Of a stretch of 64,000 bases of DNA, positions 28,900 to 38,657 are shown in pieces. Below the pieces are notes generated by a model, which was not told where the DNA came from, ran no database searches, and was given only the letters and a program-made list of their open reading frames with translations. Position 1 is the first letter of the stretch; the number at the start of each line of letters is the position of its first letter. Where the stretch lies: the IMG/VR virus record IMGVR_UViG_3300030118_001869, positions 32,001 to 96,000 of that record; one strand, written 5' to 3'. The DNA is from a virus. A program made the position numbers and the translations under genes.

Positions 28900-30891
28900 T
28901 TAAAATAATTCTAGTTGACTTGTAGAAACTTTAAGTATATTATTTATCTCTTGTTCTATTGCAGATATATAATATGCCTTATCAATATTATATGCTTCCC
29001 ATTGTGGTTCTACTTTCATTTTATTGAATATAGTTTGTAACCACTTACCAGATTCTAATTGTATCTCTCTATGATCATTCTTATTGACTTTAATAATCTT
29101 GACACCAGTTTTGGAAATATAATATCTATTAATCTTTTGTAACTTATTCTCAATAAACTCTCCTCCATCAATAGTTCTAGAAACTTGTTGCCAATCACCT
29201 TTAGACTTACCACCTATGCAGTAATCTAAAATGTTTTTGTTTTGTTCTAAATAATCTTGAGGAAGCATATCATGAATAAAATAATAAAAGATAGCTTTTG
29301 GTATAATAAGTTTAGATTTGTTCTTATGTAACATTAAGTTATGGAAGTCAAACCTACCCTTGAGCTTTGTTGGAGCACAATAGAACTTATCTTTATCTAC
29401 TTTGTATAGATAATGAGGATTCTTTTGCTTCAACGTTCTGAACTCTTCTATTGATACTTGTCTAAATTTGTTTAACCCTATGTAATTATTTACATCACCA
29501 AGTATTAACTTCTGATATTCATCATGCTCAAGTTGTAGATTTGTTATATCTTCCCATTCCTTACATACCTCTAGATACTTATCTTTCTGATCCCTAGGTA
29601 TTCTAATCTCTATACCATCTGTATTCTGTAGTAATGATACTGAACCAGGTATAGCTTCCATAATCATTTCATACAGCATCATCAACGTTAGTTGACCGTT
29701 TACTGTAATCTTCATACAGAGCTCTGGATCATAGAAGAAACTATTCACATCATTACTCAAGCCAAATGTTGAGTTTAATATAATCTTATAAACATAGTTC
29801 ATAGGATTACTTTTAGGTATCTTCTTTCTTTCTTTGAAGAACCATTCATACTGATCACAAAACATATCCGCAGGGAAATGTCCTGGTGACCATCTGTTCT
29901 TGATAACAAGATTTGGATAGAATGAAGTAACATCTGAAGACATTATAATATTATCTTCATCTGATTCATAAACTCCAGGTTGACGTGCACCATGTGCACC
30001 ACCTAAACCAAAGTGTGTAGTTACACCTTTATAACTAACATTGTATTTAAATCCACGTCTTGAGTTAGATGGATCTAGCTCAACATGCTTAAATCTATCT
30101 AATAATACATTAAACTCTGGAGACTTAAAATTTATATAAGGCAGTATTATATCTTTGAACTTTATAGTTTCTCTATAAGTTCTCATTCTTTTTAATTCTG
30201 CCTTTGGTATATTTAAAAGGTTAGATAAGTAATAACCAAATAGTTCTTTACTTATCCTTGGTTCAGATGCACTAAACAAGTTGATACCATACTCCTTAGT
30301 CAATGCTTTACGTAAACTAACTAAAGACTTTGACCTATTAAATATTTCTTTTGTTGATTCAACATCATTAATACAATATTCAATTACAGTATCTATTTGT
30401 TCTTGTGTCTCAATTCTTGTCTCATGAGACAATGGCATGTCTAATATATTTTGCCAATCCATACTGTACTGAATCCACTTCAAGCTTGAACGCTTTGCTG
30501 GATTATCCCAGTGATGCATTTTAAATATATCTATCTGCCCAATAACCATCTTCCAAAGAGGATACTCTGAAAACTTTTTATTGTTTGCATCTGATATTGT
30601 CTTTTGTGCATACCTATAAATAGCCCTGGCTACCTCATCAGCTGTTCCTTCAGTCCAGTCCTGATAGTTATCTATAATATAATGAGTGACTTGTGCATCA
30701 AAGGCTAAGCCGTTGAATGATATGTGCCACTCTCTGTTATTTACATTTTGTTTTAGGAACTCTATGAATTTATCTCTGTCATCTCTAAGCTCATGTATTA
30801 CAAATACTTTCTGCTCTTCTCCTTTGTAGTGTTTGAATACTGCCACAAAGCAATTAGACAAAGTCTCATAGTCCATTATCCAATGAGTCAT
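28900..30891 (-). CDS. polB: DNA polymerase family B with 3'-5' exonuclease
   Basis: Exo motifs DYE, FNG..FD and YC.ND. Pol motifs SDVTSFYPN, KIILNSTFG and NTDG. Confidence 0.93.
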   Translation of the reverse strand: MTHWIMDYETLSNCFVAVFKHYKGEEQKVFVIHELRDDRDKFIEFLKQNVNNREWHISFNGLAFDAQVTHYIIDNYQDWTEGTADEVARAIYRYAQKTISDANNKKFSEYPLWKMVIGQIDIFKMHHWDNPAKRSSLKWIQYSMDWQNILDMPLSHETRIETQEQIDTVIEYCINDVESTKEIFNRSKSLVSLRKALTKEYGINLFSASEPRISKELFGYYLSNLLNIPKAELKRMRTYRETIKFKDIILPYINFKSPEFNVLLDRFKHVELDPSNSRRGFKYNVSYKGVTTHFGLGGAHGARQPGVYESDEDNIIMSSDVTSFYPNLVIKNRWSPGHFPADMFCDQYEWFFKERKKIPKSNPMNYVYKIILNSTFGLSNDVNSFFYDPELCMKITVNGQLTLMMLYEMIMEAIPGSVSLLQNTDGIEIRIPRDQKDKYLEVCKEWEDITNLQLEHDEYQKLILGDVNNYIGLNKFRQVSIEEFRTLKQKNPHYLYKVDKDKFYCAPTKLKGRFDFHNLMLHKNKSKLIIPKAIFYYFIHDMLPQDYLEQNKNILDYCIGGKSKGDWQQVSRTIDGGEFIENKLQKINRYYISKTGVKIIKVNKNDHREIQLESGKWLQTIFNKMKVEPQWEAYNIDKAYYISAIEQEINNILKVSTSQLELF

Positions 30892-30910
30892 ATGCTAAAT
30901 ATTATTAGTT

Positions 30911-30936
30911 AAAAAAAGGGCCACAATGTAGCCCTT
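30911..30936 (-). terminator. Intrinsic terminator-like hairpin
   Basis: AAGGGC-N9-GCCCTT with a U-run on the minus strand. Confidence 0.55.
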
Positions 30937-30965
30937 CATTTAAAATCAAAAAAACAAAAACAAAA

Positions 30966-31379
30966 TTACAGTTCTGTGATGATCTTAGATACTTTAGTAT
31001 CTTTGATTTCTACATCCGTGAACTGTTTATAATCAAACGTATCTGCATTAATTGCAAATATGTTTATGAAATTATCTATATCATTTTTCTCAGCAATATA
31101 GTATTCTGAATAAGTTTGTTGACTTACTCTTTGTTCTTTTACAGTTTTACCGGTTGTCTTATTAGGAACCTTAAGCCTCATTGGTTGACCTTCATCATTT
31201 AATCTTGGTACCATATGAAATGATTGTTTACTATTCACTCCAATACATGCTAAGATACCTGATGATGGATCAAACATGGCTTCAATATACGGAGCATCTT
31301 TGCTCACAGGAATTAAATTAAAACTCTTAGCTCCTCTAAAAGAAGAGTTAACAAGCATCATGTTTTTACCTATACTCAT
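30966..31379 (-). CDS. Hypothetical protein
   Basis: 137-aa ORF in the operon. Confidence 0.75.
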   Translation of the reverse strand: MSIGKNMMLVNSSFRGAKSFNLIPVSKDAPYIEAMFDPSSGILACIGVNSKQSFHMVPRLNDEGQPMRLKVPNKTTGKTVKEQRVSQQTYSEYYIAEKNDIDNFINIFAINADTFDYKQFTDVEIKDTKVSKIITEL

Positions 31380-31966
31380 ATTTGATTTTTATCCAAAGAT
31401 AATGAATTTTTGAAATTATGCAAATCTATTTTCATAGGATATGAATAAAATAATGTTTCTTTTATCTCATCAGGCGGACTACAAACTTCATATACATCCT
31501 GTATAAGTTCAAGATCAACATCAAAGTAATTTGCATACAATTTATGTATCTCTTCTTCTGGTGTAAGAAAAGACTTCACATATGATGATATCCTACCTTG
31601 TCCTCCAAAGAACTCCAAGATAGCTATCTTACTGTTTATGCTAAATGCAGAATATCTTCCCTCAATAAATTTATCATAGTCATGCCTATAATCTTTCATG
31701 TCAAAGATTATAAGTTGTTCATCACCTAGATCATAGTGTTCCATTTGATTTTGTAATAACGGTAAATGGTCTAGCTGAAACTTAATAAATGCCTCATTAC
31801 ACTTAGTTTTGTATACACAAATAAATTTATAATCAAGATGGTCATAGATTTCATCCCAAAAACAATAAGTTTCTGATGGGACAAAGTCTATTCCCTTCTT
31901 TAATCTTAGTAAAGGATATAAAAATACTTTACTTTTTTGAAAATATTCTGTATATACACCTCTCAT
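31376..31966 (-). CDS. Hypothetical protein
   Basis: 196-aa ORF with ATGA overlap. Confidence 0.75.
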   Translation of the reverse strand: MRGVYTEYFQKSKVFLYPLLRLKKGIDFVPSETYCFWDEIYDHLDYKFICVYKTKCNEAFIKFQLDHLPLLQNQMEHYDLGDEQLIIFDMKDYRHDYDKFIEGRYSAFSINSKIAILEFFGGQGRISSYVKSFLTPEEEIHKLYANYFDVDLELIQDVYEVCSPPDEIKETLFYSYPMKIDLHNFKNSLSLDKNQI

Positions 31967-31968
31967 AC

Positions 31969-32952
31969 TTATAAATTAACCCTTCTTACTAAGAATTCAT
32001 AGGGTAAATTAAAGTTTTTGGTGTCAAAATGGTATTTTGCAGCCTCTAAAGCGTTAAATAAGTCATTCATCCAGCTTGACATAGACTCAATTGATACATT
32101 AAATATGTAAACTTGATCATAACTATCAATAACAATAAATCTAAATCTTATAGTATAATCTTTCTTGTCATCCGGTAGATTTTCAAAGACTAATTTACTA
32201 TATATAGAAGATTGTAACCAGTAATTATAGTACTCTACAGTATCTTTGAAGTCAGTAATACTCTTTGATGTTGTCTTCAAATCATATATAGTTACTTCCT
32301 TTGTGTCATCATTAATTTCATAGAAGTCTATATAGCCATGTAAACCAAAGTTATAGTCCTTTAAATCACACTGTAGATATGCTTCTGCATGTGTAGTTAT
32401 AGGATCTAATTCAAAGTCTGATTTCTTTTGAGCCAATGCTGTTTGAACTTCTTCATTACTATTTAGTAGCTCAACTCTTTCTTTGCATTTATTAAGAGTA
32501 TCAAGATCTATAATGTTCTTAATATCATTCATAATAAATGCCCAGTAATCTGCATTGTCTGCAGTCCTGATCTTAGCTAACCTCTGCTCATCTTTCTTTA
32601 GTGACTGATACAGGTTAATCTCTTTAAGAGAATCTAATATAACAAAGTCTTCAACTTTCTCAAGCGTAACAGCATCTGTGTAGTTAGTCATATTATATAA
32701 TACTTTCTTTACACTATCTGATGGTGTCTTACCTGGGACAATCTTAAACTTTTCATTAAGCTTGTCTGCTTCAAATAGAAGGCAGTGTATAACACTACCC
32801 TCTATAAGATGCTTGTCTAACCTAATCTCTTTTTCTTTCAGTATATAATCCTTATAAAATAAAGAAGGAGAGAATAACAATCTATTCAATGAAGAATAGC
32901 TGAAGTTAAAGTCCTTGCTAAAGAACTCCTCTTCTTTTTGTTTATCTACCAT
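31969..32952 (-). CDS. PD-(D/E)xK exonuclease (RecE/ExoVIII-like)
   Basis: SYSSL, GSVIHC, GYIDF...IYDLKTT and YWLQ..IY. Confidence 0.8.
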   Translation of the reverse strand: MVDKQKEEEFFSKDFNFSYSSLNRLLFSPSLFYKDYILKEKEIRLDKHLIEGSVIHCLLFEADKLNEKFKIVPGKTPSDSVKKVLYNMTNYTDAVTLEKVEDFVILDSLKEINLYQSLKKDEQRLAKIRTADNADYWAFIMNDIKNIIDLDTLNKCKERVELLNSNEEVQTALAQKKSDFELDPITTHAEAYLQCDLKDYNFGLHGYIDFYEINDDTKEVTIYDLKTTSKSITDFKDTVEYYNYWLQSSIYSKLVFENLPDDKKDYTIRFRFIVIDSYDQVYIFNVSIESMSSWMNDLFNALEAAKYHFDTKNFNLPYEFLVRRVNL

Positions 32953-32953
32953 T

Positions 32954-33082
32954 TTATTTAAATAAGAATAAAAGTAATATTATAGCAAAGCATACAAGTA
33001 AACTATAGCCTGCAACCTTTTCAGTTTGCTCTACTCTATACTTACTTCTACCTTGTCTATATTTAAAATCATCTTCTGTCAT
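32954..33082 (-). CDS. Small C-terminal-TM peptide (42 aa)
   Basis: MTEDDFKYRQGRS...SLLVCFAIILLLFLFK, translated by hand. Confidence 0.5.
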   Translation of the reverse strand: MTEDDFKYRQGRSKYRVEQTEKVAGYSLLVCFAIILLLFLFK

Positions 33083-33236
33083 AGTTACTTAATTTTTGTT
33101 GAAGTTTTTGAATTTGTAATTTTCTCTTGGAACTAAATGGTAAAGATTTTAATTTAAGTATTTCATCAATTATTTTATCTTGATCTTTACGTAAATATTC
33201 TTTACCATTCTCTCCAAAATGCCCCAGATCTCCCAT
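33069..33236 (-). CDS. Small hypothetical protein (55 aa)
   Basis: MGDLGHFGENGKEY...; fills the gap between operon genes. Confidence 0.5.
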   Translation of the reverse strand: MGDLGHFGENGKEYLRKDQDKIIDEILKLKSLPFSSKRKLQIQKLQQKLSNYDRR

Positions 33237-33238
33237 AG

Positions 33239-34438
33239 TTAAAATGGTAAATCATCAAAGCCGTCAGGCTGAGTTAGTTCTTCTATAATCTCTTTTCCTG
33301 ATTGCTTTTTAATAATACAGTTTTTATACTCCGGTGCAAGTTTAATATCCTCTATACTAACATTAAATACAGGATTCTTGTCCTTACCAAAACCATATCT
33401 AACTACTACTTCTTTATGTACAGTTTCTCTAATAGTTTTCCAAGCCCATTCTGTTAATGATTGCTCTTTAACTAATTCAGCCATAAGCTTTTCATAAACT
33501 TGTATCTGATAATAGTTTGTATTATGTGGAGTAATATCTTGTAAACGCTCTCTCAAAGCTTTTACATTTACTGTATTCCAGTTATTTGCATACCGTATAT
33601 CATCATAGTTCATTGTCCACATAAATGCTACTTTATCTAGGCATTCCTCTACATTACAATTAGCAAGCATTTCTACAGCTAATGATACTGCATCATTATC
33701 TCCTGATTTTAACATCTGTGTTGTACTTACAACTTCATCCTCTGTAATTATATGTGAATCTTCATTACATATCTTGTTAATACACTTATCTAATACAAGA
33801 CGGTTCTTTGTAAGTTCTCTGAATTGATTTACGTTTTCATTCTCAAGTATTACAGAATAATTACCAGGATAATTATTATCCTCAATAAACTTTCTAGATG
33901 CTTTATTCCAATCATCATAGAATATATTTATTTCATCAGATGAATTATAACTATATCCAGTTTTAATTGCAACATGACAAGTGTCACCTAGCTTATTATA
34001 AAGAGATTCAATGTTATCAATAAAAGAATCACTATATATAAACTTATCACTATGCTTTTTTAGTGTTTCTATAAATAGATTTAAATAATCTTTTGTATAG
34101 TAATTATCCCAAGTTTCCGTTAGAAGACTTGCAACTAGTTTATTAGATACAATACTGTAATTAGCTTTCTTCTGATCTCTAACAACTCTTACATTATATT
34201 TATCTTTTAATGTATCTAGTTTTACCCTAGGTAATGATAACTTAGGATATCTATATAATGTAGCACCATCTATTTCAATCATATCTGGTTCAGTTGCAAT
34301 ATCTAATTTTACTAGGTTTGCTACTGGTTCATTCCAACCAGTTTTTGCACCTACAAAATATCCAACATTGTCAACCTTACCTTCAAGCTTTTCTTTAGAT
34401 GAGTCACTACTTATGGTTAATCTATATGCTCTATTCAT
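33239..34438 (-). CDS. Hypothetical protein with BRCT-like segment, ending DDLPF
   Basis: Paralogous in pattern to 34431-35453. Confidence 0.7.
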   Translation of the reverse strand: MNRAYRLTISSDSSKEKLEGKVDNVGYFVGAKTGWNEPVANLVKLDIATEPDMIEIDGATLYRYPKLSLPRVKLDTLKDKYNVRVVRDQKKANYSIVSNKLVASLLTETWDNYYTKDYLNLFIETLKKHSDKFIYSDSFIDNIESLYNKLGDTCHVAIKTGYSYNSSDEINIFYDDWNKASRKFIEDNNYPGNYSVILENENVNQFRELTKNRLVLDKCINKICNEDSHIITEDEVVSTTQMLKSGDNDAVSLAVEMLANCNVEECLDKVAFMWTMNYDDIRYANNWNTVNVKALRERLQDITPHNTNYYQIQVYEKLMAELVKEQSLTEWAWKTIRETVHKEVVVRYGFGKDKNPVFNVSIEDIKLAPEYKNCIIKKQSGKEIIEELTQPDGFDDLPF

Positions 34439-35453
34439 TTTTTTCTAATTTTAAATATTCACGATACTCAGGTTTTACTGCAACCTTAAAGACATACAAA
34501 TCTCTATTAGAAATTCTTATCTCTTTTCTTACTATAGGCTCCAAGTATCTGAATGCTCTTGAAGTTAATAAATTATTTTCTTTTAGCCAAACAATCATCA
34601 TCTCTGCAGTATAGTCTGTATAATCTTCAATACCTGAGTTATGATACCAATACTTTAGATCTTTATCTCTTCTAGCATAGTATATTTCATTACCACATTC
34701 TTGAGAAAGTTTCCATAATAGATGACGATTAATATCTGGATCTATTGTAGGAAGCATCTTGAATGCTAATGCTCTGTCATCTCCTCCTGCATTTATTTGT
34801 GATATTAGCATGTTAAGCATATCATGTGTTAGGGCTTGTCTTGTTGAAGATTCACCCATCACAGTTTCTACATCTATAACTGGAAAGTTCTGAGTACCTA
34901 TCATATAAGATAATACTAGTGCAGCACCTGTAAAGTAATCCATTTCATATAAGCTATCACTATCCTCATCATCCCATGACCATGTTCCACCATACTCTGC
35001 TTCATCTTTCTCTTGTTGATATAACAAATACACATCATTTCCTTTGATATGGTATGCATGATAGTTCCAAAGACTTGCTAGCAACATTTTAGTATTTATG
35101 TTAGCACTGCTTTGATATTCTCCACTAATAGAATGATGAGTTATCACTGCATCAGCTTCATTTATATCAGTGGTAAGTTTTATACCATGCTCTTTCAAGT
35201 TCTCCTTCAATCTATCTTGGCTTACACCACAGTTTGGAAGAAGAAATACTTTTTTATATCCCTGACCAATCAACGTTTTCTGTGTTGGTTTAGTTAATAT
35301 CTGTTGTATCTCTTCTCTTTTTGTAGGATCCTGTGCTAAATATACAGGTAGTAGAGTACCGTAGGCAGACACATAGTGTACTTTACTTGTGTCTGCCAAA
35401 TTGTGGTAATCTAATACAGTTTTATCTACATGTGTAAAAATGTATTTACTCAT
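34431..35453 (-). CDS. Hypothetical protein with BRCT-like segment
   Basis: VFLLP...QDRLKE.LKEHGIKLTTDINEADAVIT resembles the BRCT beta1-alpha1-beta2-beta3 pattern. Confidence 0.7.
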   Translation of the reverse strand: MSKYIFTHVDKTVLDYHNLADTSKVHYVSAYGTLLPVYLAQDPTKREEIQQILTKPTQKTLIGQGYKKVFLLPNCGVSQDRLKENLKEHGIKLTTDINEADAVITHHSISGEYQSSANINTKMLLASLWNYHAYHIKGNDVYLLYQQEKDEAEYGGTWSWDDEDSDSLYEMDYFTGAALVLSYMIGTQNFPVIDVETVMGESSTRQALTHDMLNMLISQINAGGDDRALAFKMLPTIDPDINRHLLWKLSQECGNEIYYARRDKDLKYWYHNSGIEDYTDYTAEMMIVWLKENNLLTSRAFRYLEPIVRKEIRISNRDLYVFKVAVKPEYREYLKLEKNE

Positions 35454-35455
35454 AA

Positions 35456-36736
35456 TTATTTCATTGTCATTTTAATAATTTCTGGTTTCATCATTAGCTT
35501 ACTAAACTTCTGCTTGTTACCATTATAGATAGTCCTTACAATAAGATATTTTAAATCATTTGTAAAGTAATCTTTTGTACATAATGCTTCAAGCCTATCA
35601 GTAATCTTTTGACTCACTGTATTATCTTTAGAATATACAACCGCATAGTTTGCAAGTCTTGTAGCTAATGTAGATGCAATGTCAGCACGATATGCATCTC
35701 CATCACCAATACATCCTTTTAACTCACCAAGTATGTAATCTTGGTTATCATGAGTTAACAGATCCATTGGTGTTACAAGCTTATCTAACTTATTATTAAT
35801 AAATGTAGTGAACATTGATGCAAATGCATCTCCTACACTACCTTCACCAATTAACTGTATCAAGGATAAGTTCTTTTCAAAAGACTCAAAGCTTGATATA
35901 GAATTAAAGAAGGTTGTTATAGACCTTGCATTTGTTTCTTGACTTACAAGCTCTGGATGCAATAACAAGAAGTTAATACATCTTGTATCTATATTTGCTT
36001 CTTCTGCCCATCTAGCCCAAACATTCACATCATACTTTAGATTTGCAGTAATATATCTAGTCTTCTGTGCTGCGTCAATACTATTAACCATATAGTCTCC
36101 ATTGTCTGGATTTGCTGTCAATATAATATGCCAGTCTTCTGGTAATGTCCATGATATATACTGCTGTCTATCTACTAACTCCATCACTGCTTGTATGAAT
36201 CTCATATCAGCACGGTTCCAGTCATCTAATAATAGTATACCACCTTTTTTCTTATCAGCAATCCACTCAGGTGCACAGTAAGACATTCTATTCTTACCGG
36301 TCATCTTGTATCCTTGCTTAAGATATTCTTGTACTGCAAGTTCATCTACCCAAGATCCTATCTTTTTTGTTACAGTATTAGTAGTATTAAGATTAGCAAG
36401 GCTAGCGCCACCAGCTCTTTGTGCTGCTGTTACCATCTGTAAGTCATCACTACTGCTCTTTACGGGTATTTGCTTCTCTGTATACATTTGGAACTGACGT
36501 ACAGGAAAACCTACAAGGTCACCTATCTCTTCTATCTGTGATAGATTTAATTTAACAAAGTCAAGGTCATTCTCTTTTGCAAGTTCAATAACCGTTGAAG
36601 TCTTACCAATACCAGACTCACCAAGTATTTCTACTGAGACAGGATTCTTACCTTCTTTTCTTATATGTCTATTGTTTGTAATGATATGATTTACAAACCC
36701 TTTTAATTCATCAATATTTAAATTTACTTCTGCCAT
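35456..36736 (-). CDS. MoxR-like AAA+ ATPase
   Basis: Walker A GESGIGKT, GDLVGFP, Walker B LLLDDWNRA, TANP, D.AQKTR and the NARS sensor. Confidence 0.85.
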   Translation of the reverse strand: MAEVNLNIDELKGFVNHIITNNRHIRKEGKNPVSVEILGESGIGKTSTVIELAKENDLDFVKLNLSQIEEIGDLVGFPVRQFQMYTEKQIPVKSSSDDLQMVTAAQRAGGASLANLNTTNTVTKKIGSWVDELAVQEYLKQGYKMTGKNRMSYCAPEWIADKKKGGILLLDDWNRADMRFIQAVMELVDRQQYISWTLPEDWHIILTANPDNGDYMVNSIDAAQKTRYITANLKYDVNVWARWAEEANIDTRCINFLLLHPELVSQETNARSITTFFNSISSFESFEKNLSLIQLIGEGSVGDAFASMFTTFINNKLDKLVTPMDLLTHDNQDYILGELKGCIGDGDAYRADIASTLATRLANYAVVYSKDNTVSQKITDRLEALCTKDYFTNDLKYLIVRTIYNGNKQKFSKLMMKPEIIKMTMK

Positions 36737-36743
36737 TTTAATT

Positions 36744-37898
36744 TTAATTTAATTGTATTTTTAATCCTGGTAACTCTTCATTGATACTACATTGACTGCT
36801 ATGAACCCATAATGCATTCTTAGGACAGTTTTCTGGAGTATAAGCCTCACCATCTGTTAAATATATTAGTGCCGTATAAGCACGCTTTTTATTATAGTGA
36901 TCAATAACTGGTTGGAAGTCTGTACCTCCTCTACCTTTTATTTCCCAATCTTTTTTTGGATTAAATTCTTCTATAGAATTAATCTGTGTGTCACACTGTA
37001 CTACTGTAATCTTGTGACCCGTCTTATGCATATGGTTTATTTCATTCATAAACTCTTTCAACTCATCAGTTGATACTGAGCCAGATGTATCTACACCAAC
37101 ACATACATGATTCTTAGTTTTAATCTTCAAACCAGGGTTATCACTATATCTTTTATTATACTTACGTCTCAGCTTTTTTGTATACACTACACTTGAGTTC
37201 CCAACAAATCTCTTGAGATATGCTCTCCAGTTAAATTTAGGTGGCTCTACATTAAGTAGCCTGCGTATCAGTTCAGCTAACTCACCAGGTATATTACCTC
37301 TTCTCTTTTCTGTTTGCTGTGCTACTTCTTTTATCTGATGCTCTATCTGTTTCTTAATCAGTTTCTTTTCTGACTCAGGTAGATTATCAAATTCATCCCA
37401 TGTGCTGTGGCAATAACAAGACGTCCCATCCATTTGATCTAATAAGTTATCTAGAGATGGAGATGATCCGCTATCCTTTGCTTCAGATAACAAATCATAA
37501 TAAGCTTTTGTACCTGCCTTAGTTGGTAATTTAAGTTCAGGAAAACTTTCCAATACTAAACCGCCTTCTGGTAGGCATCTGCTACTTATATATTGATTAA
37601 TCTCTAAATCTGCAGCTATATTAAATAACTGTTTATCAGCATAAAGATCTCTAACAAGTAGATGTCCAAATGATATATGCAATATCTCATGTTTGAGTAG
37701 TCCTTTTCTTGTGTCATCAGTTAATGATCCAAAATATTCAGGATTGATAGTGAGCTGAACTCCAATACCGTTTTGCATAACACCAGCTGTTGGTATGTCT
37801 TTTCTATAGGTTTTATTTAAACCAACAATAAAGAGCCCGTAAAAGGGCTCCTCAAGTATTAATGTTTTAGTTGCTTTTGATAATTGGTCTTTTACCAT
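36744..37898 (-). CDS. Zincin metallopeptidase-like + vWA protein (DUF2201-like)
   Basis: HEILH, NIAADLEIN, MIDAS motif DTSGS, GRGGTDF and LTDG. Confidence 0.85.
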   Translation of the reverse strand: MVKDQLSKATKTLILEEPFYGLFIVGLNKTYRKDIPTAGVMQNGIGVQLTINPEYFGSLTDDTRKGLLKHEILHISFGHLLVRDLYADKQLFNIAADLEINQYISSRCLPEGGLVLESFPELKLPTKAGTKAYYDLLSEAKDSGSSPSLDNLLDQMDGTSCYCHSTWDEFDNLPESEKKLIKKQIEHQIKEVAQQTEKRRGNIPGELAELIRRLLNVEPPKFNWRAYLKRFVGNSSVVYTKKLRRKYNKRYSDNPGLKIKTKNHVCVGVDTSGSVSTDELKEFMNEINHMHKTGHKITVVQCDTQINSIEEFNPKKDWEIKGRGGTDFQPVIDHYNKKRAYTALIYLTDGEAYTPENCPKNALWVHSSQCSINEELPGLKIQLN

Positions 37899-38245
37899 TT
37901 TAATTGTACTTTAATATTATCTATGAAATCAAACGTGTTAATATCTGTTATACTATTATTTATATTAGTACTCAAGAGGTAAGTAAACACTTCCTGTACC
38001 TCTAACTTTCTCTTCTTACATTCATGGTATAATGCTTTGTAAGTAAACTTATCTGGGTTAGGCCAGTCAACAGTTGGGAACTCTTTAATAAAGTCCTTGC
38101 GTCTTGATCCGGTTAACTCTTTAGCAAACAATAGCTTATATATAGAATCAACTTCTAGGTTATGTATATTAGATACTGCTATCTCAAAGTCTGCAGTATC
38201 ACCTTTTAATTGTTTAAGTGTATTTATAAAATTATCTAAGTTCAT
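37892..38245 (-). CDS. Hypothetical protein
   Basis: 117 aa, coupled to both neighbours. Confidence 0.7.
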   Translation of the reverse strand: MNLDNFINTLKQLKGDTADFEIAVSNIHNLEVDSIYKLLFAKELTGSRRKDFIKEFPTVDWPNPDKFTYKALYHECKKRKLEVQEVFTYLLSTNINNSITDINTFDFIDNIKVQLKW

Positions 38246-38592
38246 TAATCATTTATTTTTAAAGCTTTCATCATCCAAGAGGGTCTTTGGTTTGCTATAA
38301 TACAAGTCATCCATTCTTTTGCAGATGGTATGTAATTGTTACAATCCTCTTTTACATGTTGTTCTCCAACATATCTTGTATATACTGTTTTACCATCTGA
38401 ATTTGTAAAACTTTTGCCAAATATTTTTTCAGCTTCAAATATCCCTTCAGAGTGATGACGGAACATTCTATGATTAGAATGACCTAACCATTTTTTAGTT
38501 TCATCAAACCAATCATGTATAGCTTGATAGTCACTAATCTTTCCGCCCCACTTCCTACAAGAACTCTTGCTGTGTAGTAATGGGTGTGCCAT
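38245..38592 (-). CDS. DUF6915-like His-rich protein
   Basis: MAHP..H..SS.RKWGG, IHDWFD, HR..RHH.EG and EQHV.ED. Confidence 0.7.
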   Translation of the reverse strand: MAHPLLHSKSSCRKWGGKISDYQAIHDWFDETKKWLGHSNHRMFRHHSEGIFEAEKIFGKSFTNSDGKTVYTRYVGEQHVKEDCNNYIPSAKEWMTCIIANQRPSWMMKALKIND

Positions 38593-38620
38593 ATTATAAT
38601 TTTGAATTAGCCAAGCATTA

Positions 38621-38642
38621 GCTTGGGAGAAATATAATTAGG
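38621..38642 (-). promoter_or_regulatory. Phage-specific early promoter-like motif, copy 1
   Basis: Minus strand CCTAATTATATTTCTCCCAAGC. Near-identical copies at 42541, 50917 and 52840. Confidence 0.65.
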
Positions 38643-38657
38643 ATTTAAAAGAGGGTT

